NCBI GenBank assembly: GCA_010356995.1
Contig: ML996696.1
Span: forward strand, 188,364 to 252,363
Direction: 5' to 3'
DNA length: 64,000 nt
Origin: Trichodelitschia bisporula
Lineage: Eukaryota
Part shown: in pieces, positions 50,338 through 63,819 of the stretch
Position numbering within the stretch: the first letter of the stretch is position 1
Layout of the letters: the number at the start of each line of letters is the position of its first letter
Program-made: the position numbers and the translations under genes
The notes under the pieces: model-generated
Seen by the model: the letters and a program-made list of their open reading frames with translations, nothing else
Database searches by the model: none
What the model was told of the DNA's origin: nothing

Positions 50338-51264
50338 ATGGACGCAACAACCATCTTCTCCCCCTCTAAAGCCGCCGCCGCCCGCGCGGCCGCCGCGGAC
50401 TGGCACCACATCGACACCTGGCTCTCGCGCATCTACCGCGGCCGGTCCGTCCCCGTCTTCGAACGCAACCCCGAGACACTCTCCGCACTATTGGCCCTGC
50501 TGGCCGCTAACGAGCGCGCGGACGAAGAGCGCGACTTGCTTTGGCAGGTGGAGAAGGAAGCGCTGCCTGCGCTGCAGGATGATGTGAGTTGTATGGATTC
50601 CAGGGCGGGTGAGAGACTGATGGGAGCATGGCAGGACGGATTGCCCCCCTCATCGCACACCGCGCCCGAGGCCCTCGCCTCCTTGCTGGCAGACGCCCTC
50701 CCACCCGCAGGCCGCGATGCGCTGTCCGCCCTCGCGAGCACCACCGCGATACTCAACGCGCCGTCCGCGTCGCTACCTGATCTCGCCGCGGCGGTGATAA
50801 CGCAATCCTCCCTATCGCACAGCACCTCGCAGCACCTGACACATCTCACCACGCTGCAACACCAGCTCGAGCGCGACCTCGCCGCGCTGCGGCAACGACT
50901 CACCGATCTACGCGCGCCGGCGCTGCAAGCACCCCTCGCGCTGCCGCGGCAGACGCTGGAGTGGGGGCGGAATACGAAGCAATTACGCACGAAGCTGGGT
51001 GAATATGCGGAGAGGCTGGGGAGGATGGAGGGGGGGGATTTGGAAGGTGGTGTAAGTGAGGTTGTTGCGGTAGTAAAGGCGGAGGGACGGGTTGGGGAGT
51101 TGTTGGCTAGGGTGAAAGGGGTAGAGGAGCGGGTTCGGTGCTGGGAGGGGTTGCCGAGTGATAGGGAGGAGGCGAGGGGGGAGGTGAGGAGAGTGGAGAG
51201 GGAGGTGGATGGGTTGAAGAGGAGGAGGGATGAGTTGTTTGAAAAGTTGGTTGAGAAGGGGTGA
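50338..51264 (+). CDS. HAUS/augmin complex subunit 1-like
   Basis: IFSPSKA...DWHHIDTWLS...VPVFERNPETLSALLALLAANE and C-terminal GLPSDREEAR; probable in-frame intron ~50584-50634. Confidence 0.8.
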   Translation: MDATTIFSPSKAAAARAAAADWHHIDTWLSRIYRGRSVPVFERNPETLSALLALLAANERADEERDLLWQVEKEALPALQDDVSCMDSRAGERLMGAWQDGLPPSSHTAPEALASLLADALPPAGRDALSALASTTAILNAPSASLPDLAAAVITQSSLSHSTSQHLTHLTTLQHQLERDLAALRQRLTDLRAPALQAPLALPRQTLEWGRNTKQLRTKLGEYAERLGRMEGGDLEGGVSEVVAVVKAEGRVGELLARVKGVEERVRCWEGLPSDREEARGEVRRVEREVDGLKRRRDELFEKLVEKG

Positions 51265-51500
51265 TAGAGTATGGATCGACTGAGGTCAGGCTGCGGTGGG
51301 CATGGGATCAACGTCAAAGAGGTCGGCCGACTACCAAGTGTAGGGGCTGAACAGTTCACGCGAGCAAATATCATGGTACACTACATAGGATGCACATACA
51401 TCCAGACATAGAGTACTGCCCAACCACCGATACCTGAGATCCCCGAACGCCGCAAAGTGCTTCGCAAGACCGTTAGAACTAGTCGAAAGGCTCCACAGAG

Positions 51501-54500
51501 CTAAGACGCCGCGAAAGGGAGCGTGGTCTGACCACGTTCCGGATCTCTCATCCTGAAAAGGTCAGCACGTGAAGCAGGGGCTGAAGACTGAAGACTCACT
51601 TATGCAGTTTGACATCTGGGCCAAGAGGAACGTTGCCCATCGCCTGCGGCGTGATGAGGACGTACTGACGGCTGAGGGCACGCCGAGCGGCCTGGATCAT
51701 CATCCGCATGCTGACATCGCGGTTGACATTGTCCATGAAGACATCGCTAGTGACGTTAGGGGTCATCGAGGCGAATCCAAAGGAGAAACTTACAACTCGT
51801 CCAAGCAACGAATCGGCGAGCCCATGGACTCCCACAGCGCCAGAAGGAGGCAGATAGTCGAGAAGGACTTCTCACCACCAGAGAGGGTTTTGGTTTGACG
51901 GCCCTGGTCGCTCTTGCGAGTGATGTCGGGTTCCACCTGAGAGGCATTAGACTAGCCCTCGCGTACCACAGCGCCATGACTTACGTGGATCTCCAGTTCG
52001 CGTTTACCGTGGTGGATGGTAAGCCTACCGCGGAATTGACGCTCGGAAAGCAGAAACATGAAAATCCATTTCGCACGCATACTGACGAGCTTACGGAACT
52101 GGAACCATCTATCTTTTCGGTTCTTCAGGGCGTTATGCATCATCTGCAGACATGGTTAGCAAGAGTGATGATGTAAGCGAGATCAAATTGCTCACCTGGT
52201 AGACTTTGTGAAGATCCCTATGTTGGGATTCCGCATTTTCAAAGGCCAGTTTAACCGCAAGCTCACGATCGATGAGCTCTTGACGACTACCCCCCATCCT
52301 GCTATGTGAGCATCAAACGCTGTCTGCAGAAATACACGACTCACTCTTGAGTAGCCTGCTTAAGTTGATCACCGATCTTGGCAAGCTTTGCATCGAGGCT
52401 CTGCGGCGTCTCGTTCCGGGGTACCGCCACCCTCGGACAGACTTGAGAGGCCATTTGAATGTATTCGCCAACAGTCTGGGCCGCCTCATTCCGCTCCTCC
52501 TCAGCCTGCTGCCTCCCCTCCTTTGCTTCCTCCAATGCGGCGTATGCCCGGTTTTTCTCCACAACAGCTGCAATACGTTGCTGCTCCAGCACCGCCTCAT
52601 CCCGTCTGGCTCTACGCACTCTTTCTTCAATCGCTAGAATATCATTGTGAATGCTGTTCAGACGGCCCCTCATCTCACGCTGCTGACTAATGAGTCTTTC
52701 TCTGTGCTCGGCGGAGTTCTCGAGCGTCCTGCTGTGCATCTGCGCATCTTCCTTCCCCTTATTTAGTTCCTCCTCCAACGCTTCGATAATTCCAGTGCCC
52801 TGGGGAGTTTCAGCCGCAAGCTCGTCCTGTAGCTTCTCGTACTGCTCATGAAGCCGCTGGGTGTTGACACGAAGTGGCGTCTTGCCTGCCTCCCACTGGC
52901 GATGGCTTTCCTGGGCTCGACGCGCAGCAGCCTGCGCTTTCTGAAGTGCAGTCTGCGCAGCACGCAGCTCTTCCCGCAATCCAGCCAGCGTCGCATTTTC
53001 GATTTCGAGATTGGCCTCCTCGTCCACCAGCATTCTGGTGCCTTTATCCCATGCAGGGATCGGAGAGGAGGTTTCCCCACTGGCTGTTAAAGCAAGTCGA
53101 ATGCCCTGGCCAAAATGCGAATCATGCATGGTGAAGATCTGGCGTATGCCAGGTTGATGACCTCGCTGTAGAAAAGCAACGGCTTCAGCGCGGTTTTTGA
53201 TCAGCACGGTCTGGTCGATAGACTGGTTAATGATCAGTTGGTTCCGCACGAGGTCGTTGTTGATCTGCTACTGTCAGTAGATTCCATGCCACCGTGATCC
53301 CTGCTTCCTACCTCCAAGGCCCGCATGATAGTCAAGTGTCGCCGGTCCGGTTCTTTAGCAGATGTATCAAGGCGACGCGAATCACCTATGACTACATTGC
53401 CCGGACTGTGACAGTGTTAGCCCAATGCTATCGTGAGGAGAGGAGAGCATACTAATTGGTCTTCCTGATGAGTTCGGAGAGAATTGCCTGGTCTGCCTTG
53501 GTTGTCACCGCAAAATTGAGCAGGGATATACCGAATGAGCGCTCCAGAATCGAGGACCATTCCGGCTTCAGTAACCGGATGTGGCGCCCAAATGGGCCGA
53601 CAGGTTTTTCACGGAACCTAGTTTCTCGTTCGATCGCTTGGAGAAGGTGCGGAAGGCGAGGATGATATCTTGCCATCCAGTCGGAAGAGCTTGCCCGCCG
53701 TTGCGCTATCATCTCTTCACGTTCCCGTACCTGCCTCTCTTTCCCTTGCGTAACGGGCTTGAGCCGGCCGACCTCTTCATCGGCGTCATGGTACGCTTTG
53801 TTAAAGTCGTGAAAGCGCCTCGCATGGGCCTGCTCTGCGGCTTCGGCCTCTTCAACCTTCCTCTTGGCCTCTTCAATTTCATTGAGCTTCTCTTGATGCC
53901 GGCCGTTGTCGGCGCTCTCCAGCTTCAGGCGCTCATTTGTAATTTTCTCGGTGATGGAGGCGATACTCTTTTTTGTCGAATCCAGATAAGATTTAATCAG
54001 GCGTTGCTCGCTCTGAGCCTCGATGAGCTCAGTCTGGGTTTGAGTGAGCTGATCATTGAGATGAGCATGCTCGTCGCGCAGCGGAGTAGCTGCCGCTTCA
54101 ATGACTTCTGTCCGACCTCGCATCTCGCTCAAGGCAGTCTCCTTGGCTTGCACCTGAATACTGGCTTCCTGAACCTTGGCCTCCAGACTCTGAAGATCGT
54201 TGTTCATCTCTTGCAGCTTGTTCTCCAGGGTAGCAAGGTCCTGCTCCTTTTCCTCGACCTGGGCCCAGGCCATGTACTCCCGCAAACTGTTCATCTTGTC
54301 TACGAGACCCTGCTGTTTATCTGCCAGTTTCGACTTCTTCTTGGCATCATCCCACTCCTGTCGCCTCTGATTCTTGACTTCCTCGGTCAGTTCGAGCTTC
54401 TCTTTAGTGCTCTCGTTACTTTCTTCCAGCAGGGCGTAATCATGGTCCAATTGTTCCAGGTGAGTGCCCTTGAAGAAGAACTTATACTTCTCCGAAGCCG

Positions 54501-55392
54501 AGGAATTGTTGAGAAATTGACGGGCCATGTCTTGCGTAAGGACGTTCATGGGGTTGTCCAGCTGAAGACAGAAGGCATCCGTAATGTTTTCGAGCTCAGA
54601 TTTCTTGACGCTGACAGTTCTCCCATTGGCAGCCTTTATCTTGAAATTGCTCGCACCGGCCCGAGTGAAATGGCGCTCCACGATGATGGAAGGACCGTAC
54701 GTTTCCGGCTTGATCGCGGAAGGACCTTGGTTTTTGATACGGACACTGAGAGTGGCCCAGCTGCAAACAGATTAGCACATTTCGAATGTGGTATATGTAT
54801 ATAGACGCACTCTTTGCCGGCCTTGATAAAATGTTTGAGGGATTGACCGCGATTGGTGGCTACGGCCTTTCCACCCAAGCAGAGCGTCAGAGCCGTCAAG
54901 ACGGCACTTTTACCGCTGCCGTTATGGCCAGTGACGAAGTTGATGAGCGGACCCAGGGAGATCGTGAGGTGTTCATGGCACATGAAGTTGGTACATGTGA
55001 CTTCCTCAATGATGGCACACTCTGCCGGCTGGTTTGGCCGGTCCAGTTGTTGCTTCATTTTATCCGTAAACAGGCGCATGGCAACGTCTTCGTCGAGGTC
55101 CTGGTAGGGTTCGTCGCTAATCTCTTCGAGTCCGTCGCTTGAGGTACCATCAGAAGCGGCGTCGTCCTCTTCCTCGACATCTTCGTTGACAGACTCATAC
55201 GAAGGATATTCAGGGCTATACTTGTAGTTCTCAGAGGCTGTCCGAGCCCGTTTGCGCTGCTATGCCGTTAGTCAAGCTATCGTGCAAGCCGAGGAGTAGG
55301 TTCCATACCGCCTCTTCCTGATGTGCAGTATCAGAGTCAGAGTCATCATCCACCCGCGGACGGCGAAGCGAACGATACGTGTCCTGTGCCAT
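51501..55392 (-). CDS. SMC6: Structural maintenance of chromosomes protein 6
   Basis: NFMCH, Walker [18 protein letters not shown], hinge PVGPFG, signature [17 protein letters not shown] and YVLITPQ; multiple introns; ends [16 protein letters not shown]. Confidence 0.95.
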
Positions 55393-55935
55393 GGTTGGGA
55401 AGGGGCCCACGGCAACGCGACGCGATGGACGTCCGGAAGCGTGCGTGGCAACACGAGCGGTGGTGACACAAAACGAGTTTGTAGAAGTAAGAGTCAATGG
55501 TCAAAGAATGAAAAGTGCGTTGGGTTGGAGCGCGAAGGTGGTCTGTGAGGGCAGCGGCAGTATGACATTGCAAGGCGGAACCAAAAGTGCTCTGTACACG
55601 ACGCGAGTTTAGCAGTCGCGTCAGGAGGCGCAATCACGTGACCATTTTCAACCCCGCTGATCGGAGGATCACTAGGGGGGCGGCTTGGAGGCTTGGAAAG
55701 GTACGGCATTTTGGCTCATGGCGTTCGAAACTTGAAGAACGGATAAAGGCTTAGTTCTAGGCTAACGTTCCATCGACAATGCATCATGCACTGCTCATGC
55801 TTGCCTGGACAACCACCGGACAAAACACATTAGGAGCTTCTGCAACAGGAGCCAGATTCATCAATATCTTTCTCTTTAGCTAGGCATGCGAGTAAGAGCA
55901 CTGGGTATCAAATAGCTCTAGACAAGATGCGCCAT

Positions 55936-58190
55936 CTATTTCCCAACAAACGCGAACCGCCCCAAATCGAGGGTCCTGCGCGGAGCAACAGGACTCTCCA
56001 CTTCGTCCTCACTGGCAGATACCAGAAAATCTTCACTCCCTTTCCCGTATGAGACAGCGCATCCTTTAGGAGTAGGCGGTCCAACTTCGTCACCAACAGG
56101 GACCTCTATGGCCGCGTCTGCTGCTTCCCAAACACCATCATCCAATTCCGGCTGTACCCCATCAGAGTCGACGATGTCATCCATCGGCTTTCTAGATTTC
56201 GATGGTGCGGATGATGGAGTTCGACGGACAGCCTGCTTTCCAAGAGCTACCGACGATGGCTCACGCTTCAGAGCTTTGGGCGCTCTAGTAGCGGGAAGTT
56301 CATCTGCACCTCGCTTGCTATGGCGAAGAGGCGACCGGGGGACCTCAAGATAGTCGGGCTGCCGAGAGAGGGAGTATGAGAACTTTTCGCGAAAGCCTCT
56401 GAGCCGTACAGAAGCAGTATCGGCCACCTCTGGAGATCCTTCCTTAGCATATGGAACGCGAACTAGCTGGCAGCGCTCGGAGTGCTGCGAGTTAACTGAG
56501 GTCGCCATAGTCGAAGTTGTGAGCTGGCTGTCTCCCTCCAACTCAGAGCTGCTAGCATTTGCGCAGTCGGACCTAAGCAAGTCTGCTTCCGGGGTTGATT
56601 TTGCAGTCACCATCGTATCCACATCTATGCTCAGCATGGCTTCCTCCGTCGAATCGTCCGACCAGAGACCAACGTCCGGTGTCGGTGTTGCGACACTATA
56701 AGAGACGCTGCGCCGAGAAGGAGTGCCGGTAGCTGCAGAGCGACCAAAAAATTTGCTCTTGACTGACCCCTCGTCGACTGGAAGCGAAGACCCATCGTCG
56801 CAGAGTCTTCGGCACTTGGGTATCGGCAGCGAATCGGGAGGACGCATGGGGGATTGCGGGAGCGGTGTGGAAACCTGCCGGCGGAGAGCTGGAACGCTAG
56901 CGGGTTGCTCGCGCAGCGGCTGGATAGGGGTCGCCGGCCATGATGCTCCAGAAGCCCGGCGAAGCAGGTGCTGCTGTGAGGGTGAGGGGGTGAAACAGTT
57001 CGGGTCCAGTTCTGCCAATGGGGTGCGTTTCGGCCGGAAGAATGTATCAATCGGCTTGCTCTTCGGCGTCGCTAAGAATGACCGATTGGTGAGAGGAGCA
57101 GGACGATTTTGGAAACCGGTAGGGACAAGCAGAGGCTTCTTGGTGTGAGGATGTAATTCGCCTCGCGCGACGCCGGCTGCAATCTCGGGCTCGACATAAG
57201 CCCCGATGTACGGCATGTCTTCAAGGTTGACATCGCTCCCAGGAGGTGTATGGTTCAACAAGCTCTGCAGCTTCGGGCAAAAGACCCACTGATACAGGAA
57301 TGTCGATTCGGCCTGGTGGAAGGTCTTATGATAGTCGGGAGGCATTTTCAGCTTCCCGTCAAACTGTATGGCCTTCAGAACTTTGTCAATCGTCCGGTGC
57401 TTCCGTATCAGTCGGTGCGCGGTCTTTAGTCCAAGCTTGTCGATCCCGGGGTGATAATCGCATCCGCTCAAAATGGCCATCCAACGGAATTCCGCGTCTG
57501 ACCAACCAACCAGGCTAACCCCCCGACATGCTGTGAAGTCATCTCTCCGAATCATAACGCAGTTCCCGTACTTATCCAGCTTCGTGAGGAGACACTTGGC
57601 GCCAAAAACCAAGAGGTCGGAATCCTCAGAGAGGATGGCGTCAATGAAACCATTTCGCTCCATATATGCCATTTGCGAATCAGCTTCGTATGGAGCAACG
57701 ATGTAAGGTATTCCGTGGCGCTTCAGTTCTTCGATCAGGAGTGCGGCCATCTCCGGAGTAACATCGATGGCTTTCTGCAGCTCCGCATGGGCCTCTGATA
57801 ACTTCCCTTGGTGCAACTTTTGGAGGCCAACCTGCTTGCTGGCAAGGCGACGCGCTGCGCGTTCCTTCTCTGTGCCGGCTTTGGATGGCAGGTAGTCTCC
57901 ATCGAAGATCATGTAGGGTGTGATGCCGAAATGCTTGAGCATGCGGACCTTGCTCATAACGAAGTCCACGAACTTATGGGTCGGCTTCTCCGTGGCCAGT
58001 TCTACGACACAAGTTATGGTTCCCCGATGGAGCCATCCGTAGGCATCCACTCCGATGGTCTGGCCGGAGAAATCTTTGAGGTTGCATGGCTTCTGAATGG
58101 ACTGGAGGAGCGGCAGAAGTCCTGAATATAGTTAATAACATGGAAAAGACAATAAAGTTCTGGTGACTGGTACTCACCTGAGATACCCAT
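55936..58190 (-). CDS. EXO1: Exonuclease 1 (XPG/Rad2 family)
   Basis: MGIS|GLLPLL, VDAYGWLHRG, APYEADSQMAY, SEDSDLLVFG and LSGCDY; C-terminal LDLGRFAF. Confidence 0.96.
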
Positions 58191-58831
58191 TGTGTCACTA
58201 CCCTAGGCACAACCGGGACACTGCGCAAGGGATACGATGCATAGGACTTGACCAAAATCAATCAGGGAGTGTGGTCGCAAAGAAGGGCTACTGCATTTTG
58301 CGAGAAGGAACGTTTGGTGGGGTCCTCACAGGAGGAGGTGGGAGGGCAGGGAAATGGCAAAGTCGCGAGGGACCAAGAACGCGACGCGATGTGGGTCGTG
58401 ACTTTGTGTTCGGGTGGTGGAGAATGGCGCAGTTATCCAAAGCGTGTTTTGGGTTTAGCGGCGAAAAGCACGGGCTCACAACTCAGCCTTGTTCAACGTG
58501 GCTGATTTGTTCCAAAGCAGAAAGACTTTGAACGAAGTAGCGGAACCCTCGAACGGGTCTAATGGCATCTATTTAACGATAAGACTACAAGAAGACATCT
58601 ATCTTGATTTTACCTCGCCTTCTGTCTCACTCCCAGCCTTCAATAATCCCAACCTCGCGTGCCTCGCACTGCTTCTCAGTCCGTGCAGGCGGCAGCGGGG
58701 TTGGTTGGCGTTGGGGCGGGGCTAGCCCACGCACACTTGGCGATCGGTGCAAGGATGCCCGACCGTAAGGGAATTTTTTGAAGTGTGAGCACAACGCCAT
58801 AAAAAGCATCACGACAACTCTTCTAGCCAAA

Positions 58832-59422
58832 ATGTCGCGCCACCTCTCCAAAGTCCAAAAACAAATCTCGAAGAAGCGCCAGGGAAAATCAGCGGCCCTC
58901 CATGAGGGTAGCAGAGATGCGATGCGCATCCAGCGCGCTGGCGGTCGACAGGATAAACTTGCGAAGCAGCTATCCTCTCGCCTGAAGGGCAATGCAACAT
59001 TCAGTATGCGCACCATGCAGACGTCGGCACATGAATGTTGTTACTAACCTTCAATAGCTCGGAGAGTGGAGTGGCTCCAGAGCGAATGCGATTCCACCGA
59101 ATCGTGCTCCATACCTGAGATGCAAGAATTGATCGAGCGATACATTCACCGTGATGACGAGACACTTGCTGCATTGAAAGTACAGCACAGGCCGGGCAGG
59201 CCACCGAACCCCAAGGAGAATCTGTTGAAGCAAAGAGTGGATCAAGAGGAGCGGGAATACATCTCGGGCTTCTGGATGCCGGATATTCGATCGGAAAGCA
59301 ACATGATTGCCCTGACGAAATGGGATGGCGAGTGGGTGGCTTTGGCCACGATGGATTTTATTCGGGTTGCGAAAGACGGCACGGTATCTGTGTCCAGTTT
59401 TCCGCCAAAGGGTCAATCGTGA
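58832..59422 (+). CDS. TMA16: Translation machinery-associated protein 16
   Basis: LSKVQKQISKK...LHEGSRDAMRIQRA, RPGRP and EYISGFWMPD; intron ~59004-59057. Confidence 0.88.
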
Positions 59423-59886
59423 AGGGATGAATGAGCCTTCGGACAGGCATTGAGCGCCCCTGACAGCTCAAGACAAACGCTCTGGAGCCATCCAGTAAGC
59501 CCTTTGGGCAGCTACTACCGACACACATAAACTTGGTCTACATCACCGAGGCAGAATCGCGACTATGTCACGTCGAGTTGAGGCTGCGGTTGAATGTCTA
59601 GGGAATTTTCCTATATTGATACCCACTCCAAGTTGGAGAGGAAGGGGTTGACGGAGGTGTGCTGGAACCCGGCAGGGTAGGAACACTACTACCATATTGA
59701 GCATCAGAAATCAAATATGGAGAAGCTTATGCATTTCATCATATTCACGTGGAGAAGCGATACCGTACTTTACAATGCCAGATGGCACTCGCCCAAATCA
59801 GCAACCTGTTCTGCGTTGTGCAAAACCATCCGCGAACCATTTTGCCGACCTTCACGCCACTAACCGAAATCCCAAACATCCGCACT

Positions 59887-61015
59887 CTATTCAAAGAAAG
59901 TCTTGAGGTCTGAGAAGAGGTTAGCCCAATGAATATCTACAGCAGGATGAGCTACTTACTGTTCAACCACCTGAGGTACTCCTTCTGCTCCTTGTTGTCA
60001 ATGTAGTCAGGCACGAAGAGAGCCATCTGGGTGTTGATGCCACGCTCCTCGAGGTAGCGCTCAAGCAGTACCTGGAGCTCCTCGTCCAGGTTGCCGAAGG
60101 GCGGACCGGCGTACACACCGCGACGCTTCCAGTTCTGATCGGAGGTCTGGGGCTCGGCGTGGTCGGCTTCCGGGAAGAAGTAGACGTTATCGATGATGAT
60201 CTGACCATCCTGAGCGACAGCCTCGATCAGGGTGGCGCCCTTCTTGCCGTCGCGCGTGACCTTAACGTTGAGGCGAGAGGGCCAGGCCGGGACGTTATCC
60301 TCCATGTCCTCACCCAGCTCAGCCCGGTCAGCCGGGGAAACGCTGTCTTCCGGTGCAACCTTGATGTTGCCGTCTGAAGTGCGAGACTGGCCAACCGCGC
60401 CCTTGGTGTTGGCGGCGCCGGACTGGGCCGACTCCTCCTCATCGTACAGGGCAGCGTCATCGTCGAGGCCCTCGTTCTCCATTTCGCCGTTGGCAAGATC
60501 GGAGATGGAGAAGGTAATGCTGATACTGCGGAACTGTTAGAAGTGCAAATATATATGGTGGAAAAGCTTACTTCTCGTCATTGTACTTGCGGGTGAGGAC
60601 TACGTCTTCCTGGCCAGGAGTGTCATGGATCTGCAATTGGAGTTAACCTTCGGCTTTCGTGCATCCCGGAGCTCATGTACCTCATAGCCACTGATCTTGA
60701 GGAACTCCTGGATGCTATCGTTGTAGGATTCATCAGCGCGCATGTCCTTCTCGAGAGAGTATTCCGATTCGAGCTTCGCAACGAGCTCCTCATTGCCTAT
60801 CGCCAGTCAGATAGTTGCACAATCAAATGCTAGTTGGACTATATACCCTGCTGCCTCGAGGAGAATGTGGAGAATGCATTCAAGCGAGCCATGGTGGGCC
60901 GGATAGCGAATCGAGGAACTGCGCTCGCAATGGGGAAGGTCTGGCGGGTAGACTGCGACGCCAACCGGGACAGAGAGCGGGGCGCAGAGCGCGCAAATGT
61001 GCGAAGGGACATCAT
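59887..61015 (-). CDS. MAM33: Mitochondrial acidic matrix protein Mam33 (p32 family)
   Basis: Arg-rich presequence; YAGPPFGNLDEELQVLLERYLEERGINTQMALFVPDYIDNKEQKEYLRWL; four introns. Confidence 0.94.
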
Positions 61016-61427
61016 TCTCGCGGATTGTTGGGGAGATTTCGGGGGGGAGTTGATGGCTATCCGAAGAGAGTTGTAGTGCGGTGTTGTAGAATATTTCCAG
61101 TCGTTCTGGTCAGTACTTTTTTTTGGAGAAGCTCGAGCCTTTGCCTATGCGCCACATCCGCCCGTGACGACACCATGGCGTCACGTGTGGTGGCTGCATT
61201 TCACGATATCGATCAGGCACGACTTTGATGTCTCATCTTTTTACACTGCGCTCCAAGTTGGTATTTGTCTGGAATACGTTTTCCGATTAAAACACATTTG
61301 CTACAAGCTCTTCACGTGGAGAGCTACAGCAAGCACGTGAACTGCTGCATAGCTTCTCTGGAGCAGAGCTACTCCTCAGTGCCAACTATTTTACCTCCGA
61401 AGTCGTGGTCGCAGTCGCAAAGCTACA

Positions 61428-62617
61428 ATGGCGACCACCACAGCCGACCAGAAGAAAAAGGTACTTTGCACCATGCAGGATGGATCTCAAGACTGACAAG
61501 AAGCAGACGAGCGTCTTACGCTCCGTCATTGCCGGGTCCATGGCTGGTGCGACCGAGATTGGTTCGTCACTCCCGCAAAATAACCTTTTTACATATGCGC
61601 TGAACTCTTGTAGCTATCACCTACCCTGCTGAGTGTAAGCCGAACCGACTCCACTGAATCGCCTACTTTCTCACTCTTCCCCAGTCGCGAAGACCCGAAC
61701 CCAACTGAACCGCAGGTTACCCGACGGCAAAAAGCTCCCGTGGCCGCCATTCGGAGCGCAGTGGTACGCAGGATGCACCACATTGATCATCGGCAACTCG
61801 GCTAAAGCTGGAATACGTGGGTTGGTTTCTACACAGGGTCAATTGAGCCGATTGCTGATGGGAGGATGTAGGCTTCGTCGCATTCGACACGTACAAAGCG
61901 TTCTTCGCCGACGCCAATGGCAAGGTCTCGGGGCCTGGGAACGTCATTGCGGGCTTCGGCGCGGGAGTGACTGAGTCGTTGTTTGCCGTTACGCCTTTCG
62001 AGAGCATAAAGACGCAATTGTGGGTCAAGCGTCTTCCGAAGTTGGTCCCGAACTGACGTTCCGTGCCAGGATCGACGATAGGAAGCGGGCGCAACCGCGT
62101 ATGCGAGGATTCCTTCACGGGAGCAAAGTCATCTGGCAAGAGAAGGGCGTTCGCGGCTTCTTCCAAGGCTTTGTGCCGACAACTGCCAGACAGGCGGCCA
62201 ATTCCGCCACGCGCTTCGGCAGCTACACCTCACTGAAGCAACTGGCTCAAGGCTATGTTGCCCCGGGAGAAAAACTTGGGGCGGTGAGCACCTTTGGTAT
62301 TGGAGCTATGGCCGGCGTCATCACGGTCTATGTGACCATGCCTCTGGATACCGTCAAGACGCGCATGCAGTCCATTGAGGCTCGCGCCGAGTACAAGAAC
62401 AGCTTTGTCTGCGCCGCTCGTATCTTCAAGGAGGAGGGCGTCCTTACCTTCTGGTCTGGAGCTGTGCCGCGGTTGGCGCGGTTGATCATGAGCGGAGGAA
62501 TTGTCTTCACGATGTTTGTCGCCCGGTCAAGGGTGAGGACTATGCTAATATTTCTGCAGGTACGAGAAGACTCTCGAGCTCATGGACAAGTTCGATCCGA
62601 AGGGCAAGTACATATAA
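61428..62617 (+). CDS. CTP1: Mitochondrial citrate/tricarboxylate carrier
   Basis: MATTTADQKKK|TSVLRSVIAGSMAGATEI, TYPAE, IIGNSAKAGIRF, VTPFESIKT, RQAANSATRF and TMPLDTVKTRMQ; six introns including a ~20-nt micro-exon. Confidence 0.93.
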
Positions 62618-62798
62618 ATGTCACCAACGGGAGCATCGAATATGTAAAATATGCTGAACACAGCAACATTGAAGCGTTTCAGCCAATTTTCCCGGATCGT
62701 ACCCGATATCAGGAGCAAGGATTACGCAAGGAGAAGTGAGCAAGCATCGTGAGAACTTCCAAGTCTAAATCTATCCATATCTGCCATTGCCGCACGGC

Positions 62799-63819
62799 CT
62801 ACAACGTAGACTTCCGATTCAAACACCAGGTCATGGCGTCCTCGTCATGATACAGCTTACCCTCGGCCGTCAGCTTGCCGAGCACCTGCACCACACCCCG
62901 CGCAGCTGCAAAGTGCAAGTTCTCCGGCACGTCCTGGTAGATGATGTGCACGAGATCCATGGAGGTAAGCGCCTCGCCCTCCGCCCCGCGCCCAAGCACC
63001 TCAAGCACCTCCTTCTCCCGCATCTCCCTATGCCTAATATACTCCCCAATCTTCGCCCTACAATCCTCAATCACAGGCCCATGTCCAGGATACCCACGCC
63101 CCCCAACCGCCTGCCCCATCCTCCTCAGACTATCCACATACGTAGCCAAATCCTCAAACACACTCGTTCCATGCCCCAGCACATTATCCCCCGTAAACAT
63201 CGCATCCTCCTCCTCCAATACCAGCGCCATATGATCCGTCGTATGACCCGGGGAATGGAACGCGCGCAGCGTGGCCCCATCAACGGTAAACCGCTGCCCG
63301 TCCGCGATGTCTTCCTCTCCCTCTCTGGGCTGGTTCTTATACACGGTCGTGCCGGGGCTTATCCATCGTGCGTCGGCGATTCCGCCGACGTGGTCTGGGT
63401 GCCAGTGCGTCACGATCACGGCTTCGAGCGAGGCGTTTTCGGATGCGAGGACCGAGGCGAGTGTGGTGGCCCAGGCGGGCTTGCCTTCGCCTGTGTCGAT
63501 TAGGATGCGCGAGGGGCCGCGGCCGATCAGGTAGGTGTTTGTGCCTTGGGGGTCAGCCTTGCGCCGTGGCGCGGGGCGAAGGGTGGAGGTTACCTTGGAG
63601 TGTGAACTGTGAGGTTAGCTTTGTCTTAGTGGTCTGGGAGGGATAGGGGGGTGGGGCGAGCGGGTTGCGCGCGCGGAGCTTGCTTACCTTCCCTGGATTC
63701 CCCCCCAAAATGCGAATGACGCGTGAGCTGAGGCGCTCGACGTCCGGGAGCGTGGGGCGCGGGGCCTGCATTGCGTGGGTGAGGAGGGAGCGGGTTGCGG
63801 CTGCTGTTGCGGTTGCCAT
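62799..63819 (-). CDS. Metallo-beta-lactamase fold protein, LACTB2-like
   Basis: RVIRILGGNPGK|FTLQG|TNTYL, THWHPDHVGG, HSPGHTTDH, FTGDNVLGHG and YPGHG; 13-nt micro-exon; start could be the later ATG (MQAPRP). Confidence 0.92.
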
